NCBI GenBank assembly: GCA_025594325.1
Contig: JANHCV010000005.1
Span: 558,001-622,000, forward strand
DNA: 64,000 nucleotides
Direction: 5' to 3'
Source: Blastocladiella emersonii ATCC 22665
Lineage: Eukaryota > Fungi > Blastocladiomycota
The first letter of the stretch is position 1. Every line of letters begins with the position of its first letter. This document shows positions 10,981 to 22,400 of this stretch, one piece after another. Under the pieces are notes generated by a model that had not been told where the DNA came from, did no database searches, and saw nothing but the letters and a program-made list of their open reading frames with translations. Both the position numbers and the translations under genes were made by a program.

Positions 10981-12236
10981 ATGAACTCTGACCCGCAACG
11001 GCCGCGCGTCCTGCTGAACCCGCAGCCCACAGCGACCGCACCGCCGCCGCCGCCGCCGCCCTCGTGGCGCGCCGCGTCCGCCGGGGCTGGCGCCAACGGC
11101 GGTATCCCAACCTATCCTTCTGACGCGCCGCGCCCCGAAAGCGCCGCGTCGCCGACGTCCCCGTACTCTGCGTCGTCGGACCACACGGCGCCGCTGCTCC
11201 CGCACCCGTCACACCTGGGCCTCGGCCCGTCGATCCCCGTCAACGTGGCCGCGGCGGCCTCCGCGTCCTCCGGCCGGTACGCCGGGTTCGCGCCGCCCGC
11301 GTCGCCCGTGCCCTCCTCTTCGACCAACGCCGGCGCATTTGAGCACCTGGTCGCCATGAACTTGGGCGACGCCTCCCCGCGCGCGGGCCACCTGCACCTG
11401 CACGCGCACGACGCGGAGCTGGACGCCATGGCCGCGCACAACGACGCGCTATCGGCGGCATGGAGTCCGGGGGCCGGCGCGAGCGCGGGGACCGCGTCGT
11501 TCAACCGGCGCGGGTCGTACTTCAGCAACAACGTGTACGTGCCGCTGGGGATCCGGAAGCTGAACGCCATGTTCGGTCCCGCGGGGGCCAATGGGTCGCA
11601 GGCCGGGAGCTCGAGCGGGTCGGGCGATATGGGGGCCAGCGGTGGCGCGAGGGCGCCGGGGGCGGCGGCGAACGGGAACACGGCGGAGCGCAGTCTGCTG
11701 CCGTTCAAGCTGCCGCCGAATTTCGGGTCGCACGTCCAGCTGTTTGCGCCCGTCGAGGCCGCGGCGGGCGGGGCGGGCGAGGGCAAGTCGCTGGTCGTGC
11801 GCAAGAAGGAGATCTACGCGCACCTGTCGCTCATTTTCGGGGCGATCCTGTCCGGGTTCGTCGTCTACGACTATATCTCGCTCACGGTGCTGCTGCGCGT
11901 CAGCTCGTTGCGCCCGTGGCTTATGAGTATCCAGGTACGGCGCGGGCGGCGTGGGGTTGGGGGTGGGGTCTGGGGGCTGACCGTGGCCATGGCCATCGTC
12001 GCGCTGTGTAGATTGCCCACGTCGCGTCCTTCTACCTGTTCCTGCTCTCGTTCATCTACGCCAACGAGGCCGGCGACCTGCAGACGCTGAAAAAGTCGCT
12101 CCTCGCGCTCGGTACGCCCTTTCTTCACCGTGGCCGTGGCCATCGCTGACTCTCGTCTGCTGTAGCCCTCAACGCGGGCAGCTTCATCGCGCGGACCGCC
12201 TTCGACATTGCCTACGCGCCGTACATGGCCTTTTAA
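10981..12236 (+). CDS. Hypothetical protein: disordered N-terminus, ~3 C-terminal hydrophobic helices (2 introns)
   Basis: ATG 10981. Hydrophobic segments HLSLIFGAILSGFVVYDYISLTVLL, IAHVASFYLFLLSFIYA and ALNAGSFIARTAFDIAYAPYMAF*. GT-AG introns at ~11935-12010 and ~12113-12166. Confidence 0.6.
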
Positions 12237-12274
12237 CCTCCTACTATGACCCATAAACCGTTTGTTGCATTGCT

Positions 12275-13780
12275 TTACATCCCCTCTTCCCCCTCCTCTT
12301 CGACCTCGGGGAACGGCACCCGGCTCACGACCATGGTCCTCGCCGCGCCCGTCCCGACACTCTTCGAGAACACCGCCCCCTCGCCGACCGCGTCCGCCAT
12401 CTGGTGCCACTGCTTGCGCACGCGCGACGCACCGTGCCCCGCGATCGCCGGGAACTGCACCGCGGCCGCGGTCTCTGGCGGGAGGTGGTGCGCGAACACG
12501 ACGAGCGCGCGGGCGATGTCGTGCAGCCGCGCTGAGCCGCGAGAATCGAGAAGGAGACCCGCGGCGGCCACGGTCGCGACAAGCGCCGCGTCGAGATCGG
12601 CCGCGTATCCCGGGACGAGGGCGAGGCACGCGTCGAGCGCGATGACCGGGTCGAGGGCGGCGGCGAGCGGGGGTGGGAGGGGAGGGTACCGGACGTGCGG
12701 CGGGTCGACGGGTCGTGAAGGTTGCGATGGTGGTGGTTGGTGTTGCTGCTGGGCGCGCCGTTTCCCGCTCGCGCGGCCACGGCGGTCGCGCCTCGCGTCA
12801 CCCTCGTCCTCCTCTTCATCCTCGCCGGCAGCCAACGAGTGGATCTCCCGCAACCGCCGCTGATTCCGCCTCTCCTCCTCCTCAACCACCACCTCGCGAC
12901 GCCTCGCCGCGACCTCGAGCGCGGCATCGAGCCACTCGCGGTTCCTCGTCGACCACCGCCACCCGAGCACCGCCGCCACCCGCACCACCGCGCGCGCGAG
13001 CCCCGCCTCGCCCATCCTGACCCGCGCCGCGTGCTCGACCCACGCGCGGGACACGGCCTTCCCGCGCCGTCCGCCCGCGCGGTGGAACGCGTCGCGCAGC
13101 TGCTCGAGCGCCAGCGGGTCGGGGAGAGGGGTGAGAGGGTACTCGGCCCAGTCGCCGAACGTCGACGTGTACTTTTCGGGGGCGCCGGTGAGCGGGAGGT
13201 GCGTCGCGGCGATGTGGGAGGGGATCGAGGCGATCAGGCGCGGGATGGCGGAGGAGGTCGGCGGGAGGCCGCGCAGGAAGGCGGACATGGCGGCCGACCA
13301 AGCGGCGGGGATGCATGCGGCGTCGAGGCCGCGGAGCAGGATCGCCGGCGGCGTTGCGGACGAGGCGCTGGCTGGGGCGGCGAGAAGCGACGCGACCGCG
13401 GGTGTAGCCGCCGCGCGGTACCGCTCGATGAGCTGCGCGTCGAGGAACCCCGCGAGCCTTGCGTCGTGCGCCAGGACAAACTCGAGGAGCGCCGGGCCCG
13501 CGGCCGCGCGAAGGGTCCGCGACGCGCGGAACAGCGACCACAGCGCGCGCGTCGAGGCGGCCGGGTCGCTAGAGTCCGCGAGGTGTGACACGACGTGGAG
13601 CCAGAGCTCGAACGGGAGGGCGAACGACGACGACGAGGTCGTCGCGGGCAGCGCGGGCGGAGGAGGCGGGTGCGACGGGTCGCGAGCGGCAGGTGAAGAC
13701 GGCGACGGCGGCGTCCTGCGCCCGTCGGCAGACGGGGCGGCGCGGCGGCGGTGGGGGCGTTGCGGTTTGTTACGCGGCAT
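12275..13780 (-). CDS. Hypothetical protein with F-box-like motif (501 aa)
   Basis: Intronless ORF. LPFELWLHVVSHL...LWSLFRASRTLR resembles an F-box. No other family recognised. Confidence 0.6.
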   Translation of the reverse strand: MPRNKPQRPHRRRAAPSADGRRTPPSPSSPAARDPSHPPPPPALPATTSSSSFALPFELWLHVVSHLADSSDPAASTRALWSLFRASRTLRAAAGPALLEFVLAHDARLAGFLDAQLIERYRAAATPAVASLLAAPASASSATPPAILLRGLDAACIPAAWSAAMSAFLRGLPPTSSAIPRLIASIPSHIAATHLPLTGAPEKYTSTFGDWAEYPLTPLPDPLALEQLRDAFHRAGGRRGKAVSRAWVEHAARVRMGEAGLARAVVRVAAVLGWRWSTRNREWLDAALEVAARRREVVVEEEERRNQRRLREIHSLAAGEDEEEDEGDARRDRRGRASGKRRAQQQHQPPPSQPSRPVDPPHVRYPPLPPPLAAALDPVIALDACLALVPGYAADLDAALVATVAAAGLLLDSRGSARLHDIARALVVFAHHLPPETAAAVQFPAIAGHGASRVRKQWHQMADAVGEGAVFSKSVGTGAARTMVVSRVPFPEVEEEGEEGM

Positions 13781-13901
13781 GGCGGGGCGGATTCATGGCA
13801 GGACGTCGTCGTGGGTGAAGGGGAAGAAGCGCGATCGTGGCGACCTCACCATCGTCGAGCCTTCCTTCGACTACAGTTCCGTCTATTCGACACCTGCTAC
13901 G

Positions 13902-14360
13902 CTACGCGCTCGCCGGCTTCTTCTTGCGCACGACCGTGAACCCGCTCTCGCCCGCTGCGGCCGCATCCGCGAGGTCCTGCGGCGACAGCGCGCCGAACGT
14001 CGCGGTCTCGATCTTGCTGCTCGGCGATCCCACCGTCGACAGCCACGTCCGGCTAGACACACAATCGCATGTTGTCAGCGAGGCTGGCGGTGGTCAAGAA
14101 GGGAGGAGCGTACAAGGCGTCGAGCGGCGGGGCCGACTCGGCGACCGCGACGCCCGTCACGGACCCGTCGGGCATGTTCATGACGTGGCCACGCAGGCCG
14201 AGCTCGGTCGCCCGCTCCTGCGTGCACTTACGGAAGAAGACCTCTGTGGGCGGGCGAGCGAGCGCGCATGGTGGGTTGGTACGTGTGTTCTCGCGGCGAG
14301 GGGTAGCGCGACGATCATACTCTGGACCTTGCCCGTGACGCGGAACCGGAAGCCGTGCAT
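13902..14360 (-). CDS. ACYP: Acylphosphatase (3 exons)
   Basis: MHGFRFRVTGKVQ|KVFFRKCTQERATELGLRGHVMNMPDGSVTG...DAF|RTWLSTVGSPSSKIE; matches the acylphosphatase signature GxVQxVxFR...GxVxNxxDGxV. Confidence 0.9.
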
Positions 14361-14559
14361 GGTGATTACATTCATTCACTTCGTGGGACAGGAGGAGAGA
14401 GAAAGGGAGGACACGCGAAAGACGCGTCGTTGCGTAAGTGGCGCAGCACCTACGCGACGGGGCACGCCACGACGCGTGACTCTGTCAACTCGCTTGACTT
14501 GGACGCGATTCGCGTGCTGCGTCTCACCCTACTCCCATTACACCCACACGTAACCGAAA

Positions 14560-16083
14560 ATGGTGAGCTCACCACATGCAACATGTAAAACGAATGAATC
14601 CTGACCGCCTTGCGCAACCTAGGCCGACGACGGATCCGCCATCGCGCGCGGGCCGACCATCGCGCTCAAGGACACGCTGCCGCTGTGCATCGATTTCCAC
14701 CCGACGCAGGATCTACTTGCTGTGTCGACCATCACGGGTGAAGTCAACTGGTACGTTGCCGCGAACAGTGACGCGATCGGGCCCAGACACTGACCCCGCG
14801 ACAGCTATGCGTACACGGGCGAGTCGACCAAGCGCCAGTTCTCGAGCAAGCACCACAAGGACTCGGTGCGGTCCGTCAAGTTCAGCGCCGACGGCGCGCA
14901 GCTGTACTCGGGGTCCGTCGACAAGTCGGTGCAGATCATGGACGTTTCCACGAAACAGGTGATTGCGAAAAAGGCCAAGGCGCACGAGCACGCCATCAAC
15001 ACGATCCTGCCCCTGTCCGACCACGTCGTCGCCTCCGGCGACGAGGACGGCGTCGTCCAGATCTGGGACCTGCGCGCGAAATCCGTGGTGCAGACGTGGC
15101 ACGAGCACGAGCAGGAGTCGGTGACCGCGATGCACTGGGTCCCGCACAAGAAGACGCTGGTCTCGGTCGGCGGCGACGGGTACCTCGCCGTCTACGACAT
15201 CCGCAAGCAGGACGTGGTCGCGCGCAGCGACCAGATGGAGACGGAGCTCTTGTCGATCGCCCCCGTCAAGGGCGGGTCCACCGTGTGCGTCGGCCAGGCC
15301 GACGGGACCATCGGGCTCTGGAAGTGGGGATGGTGGGGCGACATGAAGGACCGGTTCCCCGGCCACCCGGGCGGCGTCGAGTCCCTCGTCGCCCTCGCCG
15401 ACGACCTCGTGGTCTCCGGGTGCTCGGACGGCATGATCCGCGTCCTGTCCATCTTCCCCAACAAGCTGCTGGGGGTGGTCGGCGAGCACGAGGACTTCCC
15501 CGTCGAGTCCCTCGCGGCGAGTCATGACAAGAAGTGGCTCGCGTCGTGCTCCCACGACGCTACCGTCCAGCTCTGGAGCCTCGCGTTCCTCGACGATAAC
15601 GACGACGATGACGAGCAGATCCAGGAGTCGGACCAGGAGGGCGACTACGAGGAGGAGGAGGAGGAGGATGTCGTCGAGACCCTCGCCGACGGCAACGAGG
15701 AGTGGGAGTCCGTCAGCGGGAGCGGCGACGACGCTGATGGGTGGGAGTCGGCGAGCGACGCCGACGCCGAGGCCGAGGCCGCTGACGACGCCGCGCCACC
15801 AGCAGCACCTGTCGACTCGGACGCTGACGACTCGGACGACGACTCGGACGCGGAGCCAAAAACGGCCGAGGACGTGGCCAAGGCGCTGTTCGAGGACTCG
15901 GACGACGGCGGCGACGGCGCCGCGCTCGACGACAGCGACAGCGACGAGGACACGGGCGCCGAGGCCAAGAAGAAGCGCAAGAAGAAGAAGCACGTCCTGG
16001 CCTCGGCGTTCCAGTCGGCCAAGAAGGCCAAGGTCGAGCGGCCGCCGCAGCAGCAGCAGGGCAAGCAGAAGAAGCGCCGGTGA
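14560..16083 (+). CDS. JIP5: WD40 repeat protein JIP5/WDR55 with acidic C-terminal tail and basic NLS
   Basis: DFHPTQDLLAVSTITGEV, HKDSVRSVKFSADG, ASGDEDGVVQIWDLR, DRFPGHPGGVESL, GEHEDFPVESL, LASCSHDATVQLW. The first exon is inferred to be ATG only (14560-14562; intron 14563-14622). Confidence 0.88.
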
Positions 16084-16165
16084 TGGGTGGGATGCGATGC
16101 CGTTGATATATATCGTGTGTGTATGGAAATCGCTCCGAGTTCCGCGTGATGGTGAGGTGGTCAGC

Positions 16166-17486
16166 TTACAGCTTGGCCTTCTTGCCGCCCTTACCCTTCT
16201 GCTTCGCGGCAAAGAACTGCATGAAGCGCTTCTCGCACTCGGCCGACGACATGCTACACGCGGGATCGCGCGTCAGCGAAGGGTACACGAGCCGCGCAGG
16301 TGCAAGGAAACGTACCGCTCGATCAGCTGGTTCATCTCGCGGAAGTTGGCCGCGTCGAGAGCCGCCGCGTCGTGCTTGAGCAGCGCCTTGGTCTTGGCAA
16401 ACGCCTGCGGCGGGAGCGACTTGGCCATGGCGGTCGCGCGCGCGATCACGTCGCGCTGGAACGTCTCCGAGGGCAGGAGCTCGCTGGCACGCGGCGAGGG
16501 CGTCAGTGGAAGGACGAGGAGTGGGCGGGAGGGACGGCGTACGTGATGAAGCCGGTCGGGAGGAGCTCCTCAGCCGTGTACTTCTGGCCCAGGTACTAGA
16601 CGGCGCGCGCGCGTCAGCGATGGTATCGACGCGATGTGGCGTGTGGCGGCAACGTGCGATCATCTTGTTGGCCATGGCGGGGCCCATGATGCGCGGGAAC
16701 GTGATGCTCGAGCAGCCCTCGGCGCAGAAACCTGTCGCGACGCGGCCAGGTCAGTCTGGAGCGAGGCGACGCGTGTGCGCGGGTGGACGGCGTACCCCAC
16801 TGCATGAAGGGCGTCTGGAACCAGGCCTGCTTGGTGGCAAACACAAAGTCGAAGAGCGCGAGCGTCGTCGTGGCGAAGCCGATGGCGGGACCTACACACG
16901 TGTGCGCGCACAAGTTGGTCCCCGCGGCCACCGCGAGCGCGCCTTGTCGTACGCACCGTTGACGCCAGCGACGAGCAGCTTCGGGAAGTGGATCATGGTG
17001 GAGATAAGCTCGCGCGTGATGACGCCGCGCTCGATCAGGTCGAGCTGCTTGGCGTCGACGCCCGGCAGCGGGTCCTCGAGCAGGCGCACGCTGGCGCCGC
17101 TGGCCTTGCTGTTGTCAACGATGGCGCGGATCTTGAGGATCGACGCGTACGCCTCGGGCGTGGGCGCATCGAGCTCGTTGCCCGACGAGTAAAAGGGCCC
17201 TGCGCCCGTCACGACCGTCGCCACGACCTTGGGGTCGACCGCCGCCTCGCTCAGGGCCCACAGCCACTCCTTGTACGCCAGCGGCGACAGCGCGTTGTAC
17301 TTGTCGGGGCGGCTGAAGCAGATCACGCGCACGCGGCCGCCGTCGACGGTCGTCGGCTAGGTGGGGGTTGTGCGTGAGCTGAGGTGGCGAAGGGAGAGGG
17401 GAGGGGGGAGGGACTACCTTGAGGGTCTGGTAGCTGTAGCCGGCGGGCGGCTGGTAGCTGAACGGGTACGGGATGGTCGGCGGCAT
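16166..17486 (-). CDS. ECI1: Peroxisomal delta3,delta2-enoyl-CoA isomerase (crotonase family), multi-exon
   Basis: ICFSRPDKYNALS, VVTGAGPFYSSGNEL, LLVAGVNG, AIGFATTTLALFDFV, TPFMQWG|FCAEGCSSITFPRIMG; C-terminal PTS1 AKL*. Confidence 0.9.
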
Positions 17487-17688
17487 GGTTTCTCGATGCG
17501 TGTGCTTTCGTTTGTGCGAGGGTCGGGCCGGGTCCGCGGGCGAGAGAGGAGGGAGCGCGGAGGATTCGCGGCGGAGAGGTCGGTCGGAGCGGCGCAACGC
17601 GGCCGACATCACCCCACGTGTGCGCTCCACCCTTCCTTCCTCTCCTCTCGGCCGCTCTCCCCACGAAGCCCACGGATCCCTTCAAACC

Positions 17689-18606
17689 ATGACAGAACCT
17701 GATGCATCTCCCTTCACGAGCTACCAGCTGCTCGTAGCCGACGCGGTGCAGCGGCGGCGTGCGATGCGGCGCGCCGAGAGCGAGCCGTCGACGCCCGACC
17801 AGCCGCCACCGAGCGCGCGGCCCAGCGCCGACGGGCTCAAGCTGAGCCGCGCGCTGGCCAAGATCCGCAGCGTGCACCGCAAGTCGTACGTCGAGGCGCA
17901 GCGCGCGCAGGCCGCCGCCATGGTGTACCGCGACGCGGCGGTGCAGGCGCGGCTCGCCAGGCTCAACCGCGACTGGTTCAAGAGCCACCTCGAGGGCGAT
18001 GTCAAGTCGTACGAGCGCGCAGAGTACGTTACGTTCGCCGTGAGACCGGGGAGAGTCGTGTGCTGATCCTCGCCCGACGCATGTAGTCTCGAGTTCAACC
18101 CGCCCGACCTCATGTCCGCCGCCGAGCTGCGCGCGACGCTGCCCGAGTCGGAGCTCGCAGCCTTCGACGCGCTGCCGCCGCGGGACCAGATGCGCCGGCG
18201 GTTCAAGGCGGAGCGGCTGGCGCGCATGCGCATGCACACGGCGCTCACGGGCAAGCAGAACTCGCGCAAGGCGTTGGTCGCCAAGCTGCAGGACGCGCTC
18301 GCCCGCGAGACGGCGCGCGACGAGGAGGCGCTCAAGTGGTGCAGCGTCGCCGACAACGTCGCCAAGCTGTACGGGATCGATCTCGCCGAGGCGCGTTTGA
18401 AGCGCGACGCGCCGCCCGAGCCCGCCGTCGATGACGAGGATGATGATGAGGATGATGTCGCGACGCGGCCCGGCGACGACGAGGAAGATACGGCGAGCGC
18501 GGCGCCCGCGGGCGACGACGTGGACGTGGACATGGCCGAGGCAACGGAGACGCAGGCGGCAAGGTCCGAGGCATCGCCAGCGGACGCCATGGAGACGGAC
18601 GCGTGA
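17689..18606 (+). CDS. Divergent THO complex subunit 5 (FmiP/THOC5)-like coiled-coil protein (1 intron)
   Basis: Spacing of LAKIRSVHRKSY...RLARLNRDWFKSHLEGDVKSY...PDLMSAAEL...DQMRRRFKAERLARMRM resembles the THOC5 N-terminal domain pattern from memory. Identity is low. Confidence 0.5.
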
Positions 18607-19444
18607 TCCTCAATAAACTCTCTCTTCCGCGCGGACGCCGACGATCTCGATGCCAAGGGAGGGGCGCGGGCTGCGGTGAGGATGGGCGCCAAGGCGCACG
18701 CGCCGCTCATCAACAAGCAAGACGAGGCGCGCGGCGCAGCGCGCGGCGTGGGCAGTCGTTCCCGCCGGCTTCATCACGAGCGCAGCGCGCGCGTGTGTGT
18801 GCGTGTGCGCCAAGCAAGAAGTCTCCTTACGCTGCTTCATGCGAAGAGAGAGAGAGCGCAGAAAAGCGTCAGCTGACGGGTTCATCAGCGAGAACAGAAG
18901 GCCCAGGCGTCAGAGCCGCTGTGCCGCCTCGCCCGACGTTGCTGCCACGCACACGCACGCCGGCACCGCCACCTTGAAGGCCAGACTTGTCGCATTCCTT
19001 GCTCTTCTCCATCATCCCGGCGCCGCGTCGCCCTCCACGCATCGAGACTCCCCGCACTCGTCTCCGGCCGCCGCTGCTGCGCCAATCCGAGTGCTGCGCC
19101 GCGCCGCCATCGGCATCGACCGCATACGCCATCATCGAATCCGCGGGCCTCTCTCCCTCCCGCGCATCTTCGTCGAGCAGCACGGGCACCGCACATCGCA
19201 CCCCGCGCGCGCCATCACCCTTGCCGCGAACGCGTCGCTCCGCTGCAGCTCGTGGCGGACCGGAACGTTGCCGCTGAGCCGCTGACTCTCCCGCCGGCGC
19301 CCCTCCTCCCGGCCTGACGCATCCTCGCATTGCTGCGCCCCCGCCGGCGTTGCATCTTCCTCCTCCTTCCTTCTTCCTCCTGCGCGGTGACGTCGCCGTC
19401 GTCGCCTTACCTCCCGATACCACCACCCATATCCGCCACCGACC

Positions 19445-22400
19445 ATGGCCGCCGAGGGTGAGCCACCACGGCCCCTCGCCACCGACGCCGCCTCCGTCTC
19501 CGCCTCCGTCTCCGCCTCCGCGAGTGCCGGCTCCTCGCCGATGCCCGGCGGCGGCGGCGGCAAGAAGGCCAAGTCCAAGTCGAGCAAACCGTGGTCGCGC
19601 CTGACCTCGACCTTCTCGCACCGGAGCTTCCTCGGCCGCTTCGCGCCGACGCCCGGCGCGACCCGCGTCCCGGGCACGGGCGGCAAGCGGCGCAAGTCGA
19701 GCAAATCGCACGACGAGAAGTTCCCGCTCGACGCCGACGACGAGGCCGATGCGGAGGCCGACGAGGACGCGGCCGCCGTCGAGGGCGCCGCGGCCATCGC
19801 GCTCGGGTCCTCGCCGACCACGCCCACGGCGCCGCCGACCGCCGAGTACCACCGCCGCGTCTACGTCAACGCGTGGCCGCGCGACGACTCGCCCGATTCT
19901 GGGGTGGTGTTCCCGTCCAACGAGATCCGGACTACCAAGTACACGCTGCTCTCGTTCCTCCCGCGAAACCTCGCGGAGCAGTTCCGGTACGTCGCGGGTT
20001 GCGGAGTGTGGGAGGGGTAGCGCGTGTCTCACTCACGCTGTGCGCGAACCGTATAGCCGAGTCGCCAACTCGTACTTCCTCCTCATGGTCGTCCTGCAAT
20101 TCATCCCGGCGCTCGAGGTCGCCGACCCGTCGTTCGCCGCCCTGCCCATCGTGTGCATCGTCGCCGCGACCGCCATGAAGGGTACGCGTTTCTCCCTCGC
20201 CCATTGCACCATCGGTCTCGGACTCATCCCCGCCCACCCCGTGTAGACGGCCTCGAGGACTTTCGCCGCCGCATCCAGGACAAGCGCCTGAACGAGGAGC
20301 TGACCGTGACCCTGACCAACTGGGCCAACGTCAACCAGCCGCGCCTGTCGTGGCGCGACCGCCTGAGCGTCGCGCTCGGCATCCCGGCGCTGCGCTCCCG
20401 CAAGCCGGGCAAGTCCAGCCGCGCGCGCCGTGCTTCCTCGGCCACCGCTGCCGCGGCGGGTAACCCCGACGCGGACGTGCTCAACTCGGCCGCCGGCCCG
20501 CGCCTGGGCTCCGCGCCCGTGCCCTCGCCGACGGCCGCGGACCCGGCGTGGATGACGGCCAAGTGGAAGAACGTGCAGGTCGGCGACTTTGTCCTGCTGC
20601 GCAACAACGACTCGATCCCCGCCGACGTGGTCATTGTCGCGACCTCGGAGCTCGACAACATGTGCTACATCGAGACCAAGTCGCTCGACGGCGAGACCAA
20701 CCTCAAGATCCGCCGCGGGCCCGCCGAGACCGCCTGGGTCCGGTCGCCCGCCGACTGCACCCGCCTCCAGGGCGTCCTCCAGTGCGACCCGCCCAACCCT
20801 GCGCTGTACAAGTTCCAGGGTACCATGGTCGTCCGCAAGACCAAGCGGCATCACCATCACCGCCACGCGGCTGCGGCCGCTGCGCACGGCAAGGGCGAGA
20901 AGGAGAAGCAGGGCGCGCGTGGGTCCCCGACCTCGGGCAGCCAGCCGTCCACGCTCCCGCCGCCGTTCGCGTCCGAGGACCCGATCCTCGCCCAGGGCCC
21001 GCCCGCCGCCAACGGCAAGGACGGCGGCGCGTCGCCCATCCCGCGCCGCCTCGCCCCGCTCCCCGTGACCTCGGCCGGCGCCGCCGCGCCCGCCGACCTG
21101 CACGCCGCGGCCGAGGCCCCGCCCAAGGCGTACTACGACGCCGACATTGAGCCCGCGGGCCCGCCTTCGCCCAACGACGACGAGGACGTGCACGTCGACG
21201 CGTCCGCGCGGTCCTCGTCCGACGACGACGACGAGGAGGAGGACGAGTTCCTGCGGATCCCGCTGACCATGAACTCGGTCCTCCTGCGCGGGTGCGTGGT
21301 GCGCAACTCGGAGTGGGTGATCGGGCTGGTCATCTACACGGGGTCCGAGTCCAAGATCCAGCTCAACGCGGGCGCGACGCCGTCGAAGCGCACGCGCATC
21401 GAGAAGCAGATGAACCCGCAGGTCATCCTCAACTTCCTCATCCTGTTCGCCATGTCGCTCGTGTGCGGGATCACCCACATCCTGTACTTTTCCGCCTTCA
21501 ACTTCGAGGCCGCGCCGTTCGCCCTCGAGCCGTACGACCGCGACCCGGCGGGGGAGCTGTATGTCGGCATCATCACGTTCTTTACGTGCAGTATCATCTT
21601 CCAGGTACGCGTTTCCGTCGTGCGCGCTCAACACGACACGGAACTGACCCAACGACGTGTAGAACATCCTGCCCATCTCGCTGTACGTGACGGTCGAGAT
21701 CGTCAAGACGGCGCAGGCGTACTTTATCCACGCCGACGAGACCATGTACGACGAGGAGTTCGACCGGCCGTGCTCGGTCAAGTCGTGGAACCTGTCGGAC
21801 GACCTGGGCCAGATCGAGTACGTGTTCAGCGACAAGACGGGCACGCTCACGCGCAACGTCATGGAGCTGCGCAAGGTGTCGATCGACGGCGTCGTGTACG
21901 GCGACGCCTTTGTCAAGGCCGACCCCGCCACCCAGGCCCACATGCTCGCCGAGTTCAAGGCCGAGGTCAAGGCCATGACCACGGGCTCGGGCGATATCGT
22001 CACGCACAAGCCCACGACGTTCGTCGACCGCGACGCACTCGTCCCGCTGCGCGACCCGAACTCGAAAGTCCGCGAGTTCTTCCTCCTGCTCGCGCTGTGC
22101 CACACGGTGCTCCCCGAGAAGGTGACGGACGCGGACAACGACGTGACGACCATGACGTACAAGGCGCAGTCGCCCGACGAGGAGGCGCTGGTCACGGCGG
22201 CGCAGTCGCTCGGCATCACCTTCATCAACCGGTCGCAGGCCAACATGGTGGTCAGCGTGCTGGGCGAGCTGCGCGTCTACGACGTGCTCGAGATCATCGA
22301 GTTCAACTCGACGCGGAAACGCATGACGGTCATCGTGCGCGACCCGGACCGCGGCATCCTCGTCCTGTGCAAGGGCGCCGACAGCGTCATCTTCGAGCGC

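Noticed and set aside
10480-12090. 536-aa ORF apparently fusing thioredoxin (WCGPC) to the downstream membrane protein
   Set aside because: The frame runs through a thioredoxin intron and intergenic DNA. Thioredoxin has its own spliced last exon and stop at 10783, and the next gene has its own ATG at 10981.
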